64,000 nt of DNA, from the IMG/VR virus record IMGVR_UViG_2061766007_000786; one strand, written 5' to 3'. Below, in pieces: positions 24,781-35,548 of the stretch. Source of the DNA: an uncultured virus (IMG/VR IMGVR_UViG_2061766007_000786) (taxonomy: Duplodnaviria > Heunggongvirae > Uroviricota > Caudoviricetes). The notes below the pieces were generated by a model that did not search any database, was not told the origin of the DNA, and saw only the letters and a program-made list of their open reading frames with translations. Each line of letters begins with the position of its first letter. The stretch's first letter is position 1. The position numbers and the translations under genes were made by a program.

Positions 24781-25631
24781 TGTTAGATTATAGAAATTAT
24801 AAAAATTTCAATTATATAAATGCAATTATAATGAATGGTCTTACAAAAATTCCAGATAATATAGATTTAATAGTTGGAATTCCTAGAAGCGGACTTATTG
24901 TTTCATCTTTAATTGCTGAATATATTGGAAAACCTTCAACTGATTTATTTTCATATTTAAATGACATTGATAATTATAAATTAAATGTTGGAAGTTTAGC
25001 GCCAGCATCAGATGTAAAAAATGCCAATATAATTTTATTAGTAGATGATGCTATGGGTATAGGTATAACTATGGAAAAAGCTAAAAATCTTATTCTAGCA
25101 AAGAAACCTACAGCTAAAGTTATTACTTGTGTAGAATTTGTAGAACCATTTTCAACTAATAAAGTTGATATTTATTTTTCTATTATGAAAGATCAATTTT
25201 TACCTTGGTCAATTTTAAAAAGAGGAATTTCAGATGCATGCTGTGATATAGATGGTGTTCTTACTGAAGATGTTCCAAATGAAGTAAATGATGATGGAAA
25301 AAAATATATTAATTTTTTAAAAAATCAAAAACCTAAATATAGACCAGATAGAAAAATTAATACATTAGTAACTGGTAGGCTTGAAAAATATAGAGTAATA
25401 ACTGAAAATTGGTTAAAACAACATAATATTCAATTTGGTCAATTAATTATGTGTCAATGTAATAATAATATAGAACGAAATCAGCAAGATATGGGTAAAT
25501 TTAAAGCTGAAATTTTTAAAAAATCTGGATTGCAATTATTTATAGAATCTGATTTTCGAGAAGCAACAGTAATTAAAAGTTTAAACCCAGATAAATGTGT
25601 TTATTGTATGAAAATTGCTGATTATTTATAA
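24780..25631 (+). CDS. Phosphoribosyltransferase-like plus HAD-like fusion protein
   Basis: VGIPRSG and ILLVDDAMGIGITM (PRPP-loop-like); CDIDGVL, LVTGR, K...FIESD (HAD motifs). Confidence 0.75.
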   Translation: MLDYRNYKNFNYINAIIMNGLTKIPDNIDLIVGIPRSGLIVSSLIAEYIGKPSTDLFSYLNDIDNYKLNVGSLAPASDVKNANIILLVDDAMGIGITMEKAKNLILAKKPTAKVITCVEFVEPFSTNKVDIYFSIMKDQFLPWSILKRGISDACCDIDGVLTEDVPNEVNDDGKKYINFLKNQKPKYRPDRKINTLVTGRLEKYRVITENWLKQHNIQFGQLIMCQCNNNIERNQQDMGKFKAEIFKKSGLQLFIESDFREATVIKSLNPDKCVYCMKIADYL

Positions 25632-25783
25632 GAGATTTAATTTAATGATAGAACTTGAAGAATTAGAATATTTAATAGATAAAATAAAAAAGAGTAATCT
25701 TGATATAATTTCTAAAAATAAAGTTATAAAAGAACTAGAAAATAAAAAATATATATTAGAAAATAATAAATAAAATTTTATAC

Positions 25784-25821
25784 AAATAGGTATTTACAAA
25801 AATACCTATTTTTATTATATT
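25784..25821 (+). promoter_or_regulatory. Hairpin plus promoter TTTACA-N17-TATATT
   Basis: AAATAGGTATTT ACAA AAATACCTATTT; -35 at 25793, -10 at 25816. Confidence 0.65.
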
Positions 25822-25852
25822 ATATTATAAAATTTAATATGGTTTAAAATTT

Positions 25853-26446
25853 ATGAGAATTTTAACAGAAAATCAAAATAAAACTATAATTTTTGATAAT
25901 GTTTTAAAAATTAAACAATATCTTGATGAACGTATAATAGAATTAGAAAAATTAGCAACTGATGAAAATCATAAAAATCCATATGTATTTATGGGAATAT
26001 CTGCACTTTTTGATTTATTATCTAATTTACCATATTCAGATGAACAAATGTCTATTTGGCGTAATTATGTAAGTCCTAGATATATACAATTTTTAAATGA
26101 TTATGTATTTGATGAAATTCAACAAAATTTTTCACAATCAATAAATTTAGGAGAATTATTTTATAAGCGTGTTAGATGTGGATTAGATCATTCATTTTCA
26201 ACAGGAAATGAACAGTATCGTGTATTACTTTCGCATGAAAATAATGCTATTCCAGAAGAAGTAGAATTACATAATTGTAATGGTATAATTGAATATGGTA
26301 TACATTTTACAGCATTAAGTGTTTTAAATGTATTAAAGCATGCAATAAATAAACTTTTTAATGAAATTGAGCAAAGAATTATATCTGATATACAAGTAAT
26401 ACAACGTTTTAGTGAGAAAAAACCATTATCTAAATTTTATGAATAA
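25853..26446 (+). CDS. Candidate HEPN-domain protein
   Basis: Helical-looking protein with FYKRVRCGLDHSF (Rx4H). Confidence 0.5.
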   Translation: MRILTENQNKTIIFDNVLKIKQYLDERIIELEKLATDENHKNPYVFMGISALFDLLSNLPYSDEQMSIWRNYVSPRYIQFLNDYVFDEIQQNFSQSINLGELFYKRVRCGLDHSFSTGNEQYRVLLSHENNAIPEEVELHNCNGIIEYGIHFTALSVLNVLKHAINKLFNEIEQRIISDIQVIQRFSEKKPLSKFYE

Positions 26447-26544
26447 AAATTATTTAAGTTAACTGAAAGTATTTAATATCAAGAATAAGGGTTTAAGAAA
26501 ACCCTTATTTTTATTATATTTGTATAAAAAGGAANNNNNNNNNN

Positions 26545-26925
26545 TTAGATAGTGCATGCGGCGATCTTTCTAAAGACCAGCTGGACTGGTTTGAAAATGA
26601 AATGAAAACAGTTAACGGCGAAGCCTATGTCTTTATGCATCATCCACCGTGTCTGTGCGACCATAAGTTTATGGATTCGTTCTGCCTAAAAAACATAGAA
26701 GAAGTGCAGTCAGTTTTTTCAAAATATAAAAACTTGAACCATGTATTTTGCGGTCATTATCATAATGCATGTCAAAAACAGTTTTCACATGTCAGCGTAC
26801 ATGTGGCACCTGCAATACAAATGCAGATTGGCAGTAATTATTCATACTTTAAAATGCAAAGTACAAGACCTGGCTGGCAATTTATCAATATTGACAGTAT
26901 CGTGAAAGTCATAATCTCGTATTAA
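26545..26925 (+). CDS. CpdA/Icc-like metallophosphoesterase, C-terminal part (5' end in gap)
   Basis: LDS..G.LSKDQLDWF...VFMHHPP...FMD...HVFCGHYH. Confidence 0.75.
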   Translation, partial: LDSACGDLSKDQLDWFENEMKTVNGEAYVFMHHPPCLCDHKFMDSFCLKNIEEVQSVFSKYKNLNHVFCGHYHNACQKQFSHVSVHVAPAIQMQIGSNYSYFKMQSTRPGWQFINIDSIVKVIISY

Positions 26926-26988
26926 AATAACGGGCTGACGATAGCCCTTATTTTTATTATATTTGTATAAAAAGGATTTAAAATAATT

Positions 26989-27540
26989 ATGGTCAATATT
27001 TTAGATGAACTTGTGCGTGTTCATGCTTTCCAGTCTAAAAGCGAAGCACGAATGATGATTAAAAACGGTGGGGTATCAGTTATTCCATGTATTAATGAAG
27101 ATTATGAAGTTCCATGTTTTGAAGTTGAAATCCCAGGCGGTGATTGGGAAAATATGTCTGTAGATTGCAGACATTTTATTGAACCAGTACCTGGAGAAAA
27201 GCAACTCTTTTTTGAAGGTTTTGTTTTGTCACCAACTGGTGAAAAAATTCCAGCAAAAATGTGGGATGTTCGTGATATTAGACTAAAACTATTACACTTT
27301 AGAGAACATTTAATGCATGATACTAAAAATGATTTTTACAGTTTGTGTATTCCAAATCCATGGTCATACCCTAAAGCTTGGCAAAATGCAACAATGTGTG
27401 TAATCACATGGGATAAACAATTTGGTAAAAATCCTTGGCTTATCAATGAAAAGACAGAACTAGAATCTGGATTAAAAGATGGCGACGTTATTAAAATTGG
27501 TAAAAGACGTACTATCGTAATAGGCGAAGAACATATTTAA
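26989..27540 (+). CDS. S4-like RNA-binding protein with about 120-aa insertion
   Basis: ILDELVRVHAFQSKSEARMMIKNGGVSV ... LKDGDVIKIGKRRTIVI; promoter CTGACG-N17-TATATT at 26935-26963. Confidence 0.7.
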   Translation: MVNILDELVRVHAFQSKSEARMMIKNGGVSVIPCINEDYEVPCFEVEIPGGDWENMSVDCRHFIEPVPGEKQLFFEGFVLSPTGEKIPAKMWDVRDIRLKLLHFREHLMHDTKNDFYSLCIPNPWSYPKAWQNATMCVITWDKQFGKNPWLINEKTELESGLKDGDVIKIGKRRTIVIGEEHI

Positions 27541-27552
27541 AATAAAAAACTT

Positions 27553-29023
27553 ATGACTGAGAAAAATAAAGAATTTCAAGAACTTGTCGATTTGTTCCAT
27601 GAAATGCGAAAGAAATTTCCGTTTCGTTATCTTGAATTTCCAAAAATTGTTTCTAAAAACCGTGTAGACGCAAGAATTGCGAATGTTATTTATCAGGGTC
27701 GGCTTATCAGAGACGTCAAAAATTCTATTCTAAGGTATTGGATGGAATATGACCCGATGGAAGATGGACCGAAAGAATATAACAATCCATAAGGAATAAA
27801 AAGTATGATGGCATCTGTAAATTTTGTCGCTTATGCGCTTACCTTTATCGGCTCAATAGTCTTAATCTTCGGCATTGTTGTATTGAGCATATTTATCAGT
27901 GGCAGAATCAGGAATAAATGCTGGGATAGCGAAGCCACGTGTGAGCTTATTTTAAGCATCATAGCTTTATCTGCTGGTATCGTACTGTATCATTTCTCGC
28001 CGGATGAAAATACACGAATCCGAATGTTTTTCGACATGAAACCAAAGTGTCAGGAAGAAACTGTAAAGTGTCTTAGCAGGCTGGCTGAATGGTATAAGGA
28101 TTCAGTTGAATATAAGGTTGTTCTCCCATATAAAGACGAAACGAAAGCAATAGACTCACTCAAGAACGAAATTAAGAAATACAAAAAGTGATAGGTCTAA
28201 AATGAATGGTTCAATACCAACAGAAGATATATTTATTTTATATGCATTCGCATGTTTCTGTATAACTGGAATAATCAGTTGTACAGTTCGAGATTATCGA
28301 AAGAAAAAGATTGACGCACTTCATCCTGTACCAGAAATTGAATATCGTAAAAAACTAAAAACGGGACCTACCGTAAGAGGATAACTTATGTTTAAAACCA
28401 TTTTTGTTCTTGTAATTGCAACACATGGTGGCATAAATACAGATTTACATTTTACTACATTGCAACAGTGTGAATCTGTAAAAACACTGCTTAAAGAAAA
28501 TACATCTCCTAAAGCTTATTTTAATGGAATGAACTGTATTGAAATGCAAGTTCCTGTTCCTATCAAGAAGAAGAGATGTAAGATTGCTAACGAGTATGGA
28601 CGTACTACTGGTAATTATTATCCGGTTGCGCTTGAATGCGAGGAAAAGTAAATGGGAAAGCTGATAACATATCATGAATGGGCTGAACAGGCCGGATATA
28701 AAAGTAACAAAGAATGGACAAGACTTCCTGACGCTCGGAAAATGCTTCGTCGGCGTGATACACTGCTAGACAAAGGTCTGGATATAACAGATGAACAAAA
28801 ACGTGAACTTGAAGCTTACGATTCTTACTGGTTGTATGCGTTTGAATATGGATTTGATACTATTGATGAAGTAATCAAGTTTCAAGCCGGTTATTTTATG
28901 GCAATGTTCGATAAATCACTTCCTGAAACACAAAAGGCCATAAAAATGTTTGAGACCGACGAATACGAAAAACTCAATAGTCTCAGTAAATATATTACAG
29001 GTAAAAACTGGAAAACGAAATAA
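27553..29023 (+). other. Five hypothetical ORFs, several membrane/secreted (27553, 27805, 28202, 28388, 28652)
   Basis: Intact ORFs; hydrophobic N-termini in 27805, 28202, 28388. Confidence 0.75.
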
Positions 29024-29049
29024 AAGAAGGAATTAATTTCCTTCTTTTT
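29022..29049. terminator. Bidirectional intrinsic terminator
   Basis: AAAAGAAGGAA TTAAT TTCCTTCTTTTT between convergent genes. Confidence 0.7.
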
Positions 29050-29284
29050 GTTTTAACCATTCTTTATATTCTTCGACGGTCATTACTCGCGTTTTGACCA
29101 TCCCGTACCCTTTAAAATGCGGAACGCCGTTTTCGTCGAATTCCGTATTGCTTCCAATAACCCAAGGCTCGTCAGTCCAGAATTGAAGTTTCCTGAGGAT
29201 CGGGTTGACAATACATTTCAACGGGCTTCTATGCATCCAGCAACCGCAATCTGGATCTTTCACATAATATCTATCTTTATTCAT
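29033..29284 (-). CDS. Hypothetical protein
   Basis: ORF with AAGGT RBS; CATAAATA upstream on - strand. Confidence 0.65.
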   Translation of the reverse strand: MNKDRYYVKDPDCGCWMHRSPLKCIVNPILRKLQFWTDEPWVIGSNTEFDENGVPHFKGYGMVKTRVMTVEEYKEWLKQKEGN

Positions 29285-29340
29285 AATTATTACCTTTATG
29301 TCATATTTATGTGTTATAAATAATAAAAATAGGAGTTTTT

Positions 29341-29767
29341 ATGAATATTAACGAAACAAATATCAATGGTCTTGAAGACGTATATAATTACATTCAGAAA
29401 GCATCGAAAGCACATGTTCAAAGCGGAAATCTGTCTTTGATTAAAAATTTGGTTTTAAAAGTCTTGGATTCGCTTAATAAGGGTAACTGTGACTATGACA
29501 GTGCCACTAATGCAATCGAAGACATTTTTAGTATCGGTCGCAGAGCAAACAAGTATCAGACTGTTCCTGAATCNNNNNNNNNNTATTGGTCATACATATA
29601 GAAAAATCGACGGCGGTAGCAATAGAGAATTCGGTGTATTAGTCGGTGTAATTGCTTATAATGTTTATAAGGATGCATTTTTGGATGAAATCCTTGAAAC
29701 GGTTAAGAAAAATGGAAAACCGATTACAAAAGCACAATTTAGAAGTATTCAAGGATTTTCTCGATAA
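29341..29767 (+). CDS. Hypothetical late-promoter gene interrupted by gap
   Basis: TATAAATA at 29315-29322, AGGAG RBS, MNINET start. Confidence 0.55.
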
Positions 29768-29814
29768 AAGATTATCTAAATCAAAATATTGATTATATAA
29801 AAGAGGGATTAAAA

Positions 29815-30072
29815 ATGTTTAAACTTATTTTCGTTCTTGTCATAAACGCCTATCATGGTGGAATGACAACAATTGACTTTACTACACTTCAACAGTGTGA
29901 AACCGCAAAAGAACAGATTAAAGCAACTGAAAGAGGCGGTGCACATCTTGGTGCTGTTTGTATTGAAAAGAAAGTTCCAATCAAGAAAACTAGGTGTAAG
30001 GTTAGTAACGAATTTTCACGTGTAGGTACGGGCCATTATTATCCAGTATCGCTTGAATGCGCTGAGGAATAA
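29815..30072 (+). CDS. Small Cys-containing secreted-like protein, paralog of 28388-28651
   Basis: MFKxIFVLVI..HGG...FTTLQQCE...YYPVxLEC in both. Confidence 0.7.
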   Translation: MFKLIFVLVINAYHGGMTTIDFTTLQQCETAKEQIKATERGGAHLGAVCIEKKVPIKKTRCKVSNEFSRVGTGHYYPVSLECAEE

Positions 30073-30132
30073 TAAAAAATTCTTATAAACAATAAAAGAG
30101 GGAATTTGATTTCCCTCTTTTTNNNNNNNNNN

Positions 30133-30523
30133 TTGCTTTTAATCTCTTTTCTAGTTCTGCTTTATTCATTCGTAGTCCAATCTCAAAATTGTCAACGCTT
30201 CTTCTGAATGCGTCAACAAAATCGCATGCTTTATTCCAGGATTCTTCATCATATTCGGTGACGTCGATCCATTTATAAGGAATGCTCAATTTTGTTACAT
30301 TCTCGCCAAGTAGACTTTCTACGGAAACTGGTCTATAGAGCATCAATCTACCATGCTCTATCTTTGCGAACGGAAAACCTGTATCAAAGAAATTCGCTTC
30401 GTCACCTTGAATGTCAAATGCGCCATCGAGCTCATTCAGTCTTCTTCTTGCTACATTTTCTTCAAAGTCCTCTACAAGATAACCAGCTGTTTTTAATGTT
30501 TTAATTGCTTCATTTAAATTCAT
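30133..30523 (-). CDS. 18-aa-leader protein (putative virion internal protein); 3' end in gap
   Basis: MNLNEAIKTLKTAGYLVE; late promoter upstream. Confidence 0.7.
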
Positions 30524-30553
30524 TTTTTCGCCTTTTTTAACCGTTTCTTTCTT

Positions 30554-30565
30554 TATTTATAAATA
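30554..30565. promoter_or_regulatory. Palindromic bidirectional T4-type late promoter
   Basis: TATTTATAAATA contains TATAAATA on both strands between divergent leader genes. Confidence 0.65.
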
Positions 30566-30569
30566 TTAT

Positions 30570-30889
30570 ATGAATTTAAATGAAGCTTTAAAATTATTAC
30601 AAGAGCATAATTATTTAGTTGAAAGCGAAGAACTTAATAGCTATGACAAGGAAAGATTAGGCAAGAACTATCAAAATAATAAACAGTTTCATACTTCGCT
30701 TTCGATGGAAGACCCAGATTCTGAGGAATTAAAAACAGGCCTGGATAACAAAGGCAAGAAATGGATTTATATCAATAAAAAAGATAGGCTTACAATACTG
30801 TCCGCCTTCATGGACGGTATATGCGATTCGGCAGATGGATATGTCGACGATATAGCGGATAAATACCGTAATATAAAGACTGAAGAAGA
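30570..30889 (+). CDS. 18-aa-leader protein; 3' end in gap
   Basis: MNLNEALKLLQEHNYLVE. Confidence 0.7.
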
Positions 30890-31572
30890 NNNNNNNNNNG
30901 GATTCTGAGGAATTAAAAACAGGCCTGGATAATAAAGGCAAGAAATGGATTTTTATCAATAAAAAAGATAGGCTTACAATACTGTCCGCCTTCATGGACG
31001 GTANNNNNNNNNNNNNNNNNNNNNNNNNNNNNNNNNNNNNNNNNNNNNNNNNNNNNNNNNNNNNNNNNNNNNNNNNNNNNNNNNNNNNNNNNNNNNNNNN
31101 NNNNNNNNNNNNNNNNNNNNNNNNNNNNNNNNNNNNNNNNNNNNNNNNNNNNNNNNNNNNNNNNNNNNNNNNNNNNNNNNNNNNNNNNNNNNNNNNNNNN
31201 NNNNNNNNNNNNNNNNNNNNNNNNNNNNNNNNNNNNNNNNNNNNNNNNNNNNNNNNNNNNNNNNNNNNNNNNNNNNNNNNNNNNNNNNNNNNNNNNNNNN
31301 NNNNNNNNNNNNNNNNNNNNNNNNNNNNNNNNNNNNNNNNNNNNNNNNNNNNNNNNNNNNNNNNNNNNNNNNNNNNNNNNNNNNNNNNNNNNNNNNNNNN
31401 NNNNNNNNNNNNNNNNNNNNNNNNNNNNNNNNNNNNNNNNNNNNNNNNNNNNNNNNNNNNNNNNNNNNNNNNNNNNNNNNNNNNNNNNNNNAGCTATCAT
31501 CCACTTAACGAACTGTTCATCGGTTATTTCTTCGATGGCGTCNNNNNNNNNNAACAACAGGAGAATACTACT

Positions 31573-32331
31573 ATGGGATTATCGCCTTTACAAATGCTTT
31601 GCCTTGCCAATAAAGGAAATATAAGCGGGATTAACCCAATGCATTTGATGTGTCTTGGTATTCTTGGTGCTGGTCGGGATGTTCCTAAGTCCAATGTCAA
31701 CTGGCTTGAAGACAAGAAACCCAAGCAACAGCTGGTACAGCCGAAACAGAAACGTACCCAAAAGCAAAAAGCAGTAAAGCCGGTAAAACAAGTCGAAGAA
31801 GTGACAGAACCTGTAGAAAAAGAACCGGAACAAACCGTTGACCCGAAGAAAGCATACTATATGCAGCTTGACGCTGCATGGGAAGAAGCACAGGAAAGAT
31901 ATAACAGACTTCGTAATAAAACATACTCTCGTGAATGGAACACATTCTGGAATTGTCCGGAACAGTTCGGTATTCATGATTATGGCGAAAACGAACGTGC
32001 CAAAATCTATGTCAGAGATTATAAGAAGTATAAGCGGGAAGTCGACCAATATGGACGGTTGGTACGAGAGGATCCTGAAGGTTATTCTTGGTCTTATTAT
32101 CAGAATCTTGAATGGGCCACAAATGCGTTGAATCGTTGTCTTGATATGCTTTCCGGTGGTGAAGAAAATGAATGTCAGAGAATCAAGAATGAACGTGCAG
32201 ATTTCGCTCGTCGTCATCCTGGTCCGACTCCGGAAGAAGCAGCGGCTACAAGGAAGTGGCTTGAAGATAATGAAAAAGAACGACAACATAGAATCTACCT
32301 AAAAGAATTGGAATTACATCCTTGGGGTTAG
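31573..32331 (+). CDS. Hypothetical protein
   Basis: ATG after GGAG; open to TAG. Confidence 0.7.
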   Translation: MGLSPLQMLCLANKGNISGINPMHLMCLGILGAGRDVPKSNVNWLEDKKPKQQLVQPKQKRTQKQKAVKPVKQVEEVTEPVEKEPEQTVDPKKAYYMQLDAAWEEAQERYNRLRNKTYSREWNTFWNCPEQFGIHDYGENERAKIYVRDYKKYKREVDQYGRLVREDPEGYSWSYYQNLEWATNALNRCLDMLSGGEENECQRIKNERADFARRHPGPTPEEAAATRKWLEDNEKERQHRIYLKELELHPWG

Positions 32332-32335
32332 TAAT

Positions 32336-32371
32336 AAAAGGGTTGACGAAAGTCAGCCCTTTTTCTATATT
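32336..32371 (+). promoter_or_regulatory. Terminator-like hairpin overlapping promoter TTGACG-N17-TATATT
   Basis: AAAAGGGTTGAC GAAA GTCAGCCCTTTT; -35 at 32343, -10 at 32366. Confidence 0.75.
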
Positions 32372-32392
32372 GGTTTAAAAGGAACGGTTCAA

Positions 32393-35300
32393 ATGAAGAA
32401 TAAGATAACAGTCGACGATTTTAAGTATGTGATGACAAAGCATAAGGATCTGATTTTATTTCTTATTTCTGAAGACGAACTGAAATACGGTTCTCGTCAT
32501 TGCGGCATATTGCCTGAATTGCCGGATATTGTCAGTATCAACATTTGGAATGAAGACCTCTATGGCGATACTTGGCTCGAATGGAAAAACGACGTTGTAA
32601 CCGAATATGAATATGATGGGCATTTTAACGATTATCGGCCGTTTAATACGTTCCATACAATGGAAGAACTTGACAGATGGATGTCTGGCGGTTTCGTAAA
32701 TGACCACAGGTTTGACTTGGAATTTGCTGACCAACCGCTCAAGGAACGTTATTTAAAGGATTAATATGAAAGAACAAAAAATTATCGTAACTCCGGCTTA
32801 TCATTCTGATTTTTATAAGTGTCAGGGTGCTGAAGAAAAAATCCAACCGCTTCTCGATGANNNNNNNNNNNNNNNNNNGGTAAATCCCAGGGCGATACTA
32901 CCGTTGTCGCTTGTCTGTCTCGTGAAATTCCGAATAAATCTCGTTGTGAAAACTGCGGAGCTACTGAAGGAATAAGCAGCACCGTATACGGTAAGAAATT
33001 GTGCAAAGACTGTATGGAAAATTACCATAAAATGATGAAAATCTTGGCCAATGGCGAATACGATAAGCTTAATACTGATACATCAAATAAATTCCACCTT
33101 ACGGATAAACAATGATTTGGATTTTAGCATTACCGTTTTTGCTCTATATCGTAGGAGCTACTATCGCATGTTTCCAGCTTCATAAGGAACCTATGCGAGA
33201 GCTTACTCCTGAAGAAGCAGCATTAGAAAAAGAAATGGAAGAAAACCTGACGGTGTTCGAACTGTTCTGGACAGAAAGGGGTTAATATGGAACAATTACC
33301 GGATTTCATTCAAGTACAAATCGACAAGATGGAAGAGAAGGAGGAAAAGAAACCTGTAAAGCAGGAATATCCTCAACTTCCTGATTTTATCGAAGCACAA
33401 CGCGATGAAAGGGTTGACGATTAATCGTCTTTTTTCTATATTATAAGCCATGAGAGAATCTAAGAAAGACAAAAGAGACCATAAGTACGGTAAGCTACAC
33501 CGTAAGGACCGTCAGTTGCATGACGAGTTCAAGAAGAAAGCTAACACTATCTGGCGTAAGTATCTCAAGGAATATGTAGATACCGGAAAGGTCGATCGTT
33601 ATTCTGATGAAGCGACCATGGCTTATCATAATGCTCGTAATGCGGCTTCTGATATTTACGAGAAGATTGAAGAACTCTGGAAGGAAAGCGGTCTCAACTG
33701 GAACGAAGGTACGGTAGAATTTTGTCGTTATCGTCATTATCATGGTTATTCCAATCAAGGCTATGTCCACGCGGATTTCATCAAAAAGCGTGACAAGGAA
33801 ATTGAACGTATTGACCGCAAGGAAGCAATGGAAGATTAGTTATGAACCGCCAAGAATTTCAAGACGAACATTTAAATAAAATGATGAAGCGAATCAAAGC
33901 TCAAGAACGTAAGTTTTTCTGGCAACAGCATGAACCTACGGTTGGAGCGGTTCTTGGTATAGGTTTTGGCTGTAGTGCTATTTGGGCAATAGACAGTATG
34001 TCATGGCCTCCGATTGCCTTGTTCGGCGCATTGGTCATTTTTGGCGTTTGGTTTTGTTGTTACATTTCAGATGATGAATAATTTTTAATAGGTAACTTAT
34101 GGNNNNNNNNNNNNNNNNNNNNNNNNNNNNNNNNNNNNNNNNNTTAGCACTTCTACATATACGGTGCAGTCAGTTTCTTCGGTCATCTATAATATAAAAG
34201 ACGATAATCCGAATGTCGCCTATGCAAACGGTTTTGGCCATATTGTCGATTTCGATTATCAGGAACTGCTTGATAAGGGATTCGCCTATGAACTCGACAA
34301 TAAGTATAATTGCGTATTCATAGTTAATTCTTATCTCTTTACGAAGCTCTGCGAAGCTTTCGGTTCTGAAAACGCCAAAAAGGTAGTAGCTAACGCATTT
34401 ACAAGAATTGACTGGGTTGACGCTCTCAATAGCGAAAAGTCTTCTCAAGTCTTATTGAATTTTTTCGGAGCGTCAATATACTATATGGCTCATAAGGTTG
34501 ACGACCTTAAGAAAGAACATAATTCCGAACTTGTACATACTGACCATTTTACACTTAACCTGGATAACTAATGATTAAGACGGTTTTTGAACGCGATCCG
34601 GTACCTATTACAGGAATGCCGGAAGCTTTGGACTATGTGTCCTCATTCCAACAGGCAGAATTCGAAGAAAGACTCCTCGATAAGAAAGTCGAGGAATTTC
34701 CTATTACAATGTTAATGGCTTATATCGCTCATCACTGGTATGGTAGCGGATTGTTATTCTGTGGTAATATTGGTTATCATGGATTTGTTGATTATTGTCG
34801 TCAAGTTCCGGATGAGATAATTNNNNNNNNNNNNNNNNNNNNNNNNNNGGAATGAAATCTGTTTTATTCTCGGAATCGACTGGAAGCATGAAGAAATCTG
34901 TAGCGGCCCGTATGAAAGAAAGTCTTTCCGTGGAATGACTCTTCGTAAATTCTACGAATTTCTTAATGAAGTAAAGCCTTATGCTATTCCCGGTTCTGAT
35001 ACATTTGACGGACACGGAGCGGACTGGACAGGATTTTTCGGTCAGTCCAAGGCACCTAGCGGAAAGTATACAATTCCGAAAGATTATTTCTATTGCGTAT
35101 CAGACGGTTGCGATTATACGTATGTCAATATCAGTTTTAATATGGACTACTGGCGTCCATGGTATCTTCTTCCCGAAGAATACGAGGAACTGAAAAAACG
35201 TCAGGCAAAATATGAGGAAGACGCATATAAGCTCGGCCAAAAAGGTTTGAAGGGTAAAGATAAGGACGATAAAGACAAAGTTGAAAGAAACTACAAAATA

Positions 35301-35537
35301 AATTCCTTTGACCGCCAGAAAGGATTGTATGTNNNNNNNNNNNNNNNNNNNNNNNNNNNNNNNNNNNNNNNNNNNTGGACGAATAGACAATGTTCGTCTA
35401 GTAAAGAATGAATATGTCTGGAATCTTATGTACGGTAAAGAAAAACCGAAAATTAAGGCCCACTACGACATATCGACAATGCGTAAAATCGGTAAAAAAG
35501 ATGGCCGAAGAGTCATGATGGATATTAAAGACCAAGA
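32393..35537 (+). other. Hypothetical ORF cluster (32393, 33450, 33842, 34164, 34571, 34935), heavily gapped
   Basis: ORF track; promoter TTGACG-N17-TATATT at 33414-33442. Confidence 0.65.
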
Positions 35538-35548
35538 NNNNNNNNNNC

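Noticed and set aside
29341..29573. MNINET start as a member of the leader family
   Set aside because: Has a late promoter but matches only the first five residues; left unassigned
30913..32331. Long ORFs spanning N runs (445 aa, 214 aa, 170 aa)
   Set aside because: Artefacts of translating through gaps; the real ORF starts at 31573
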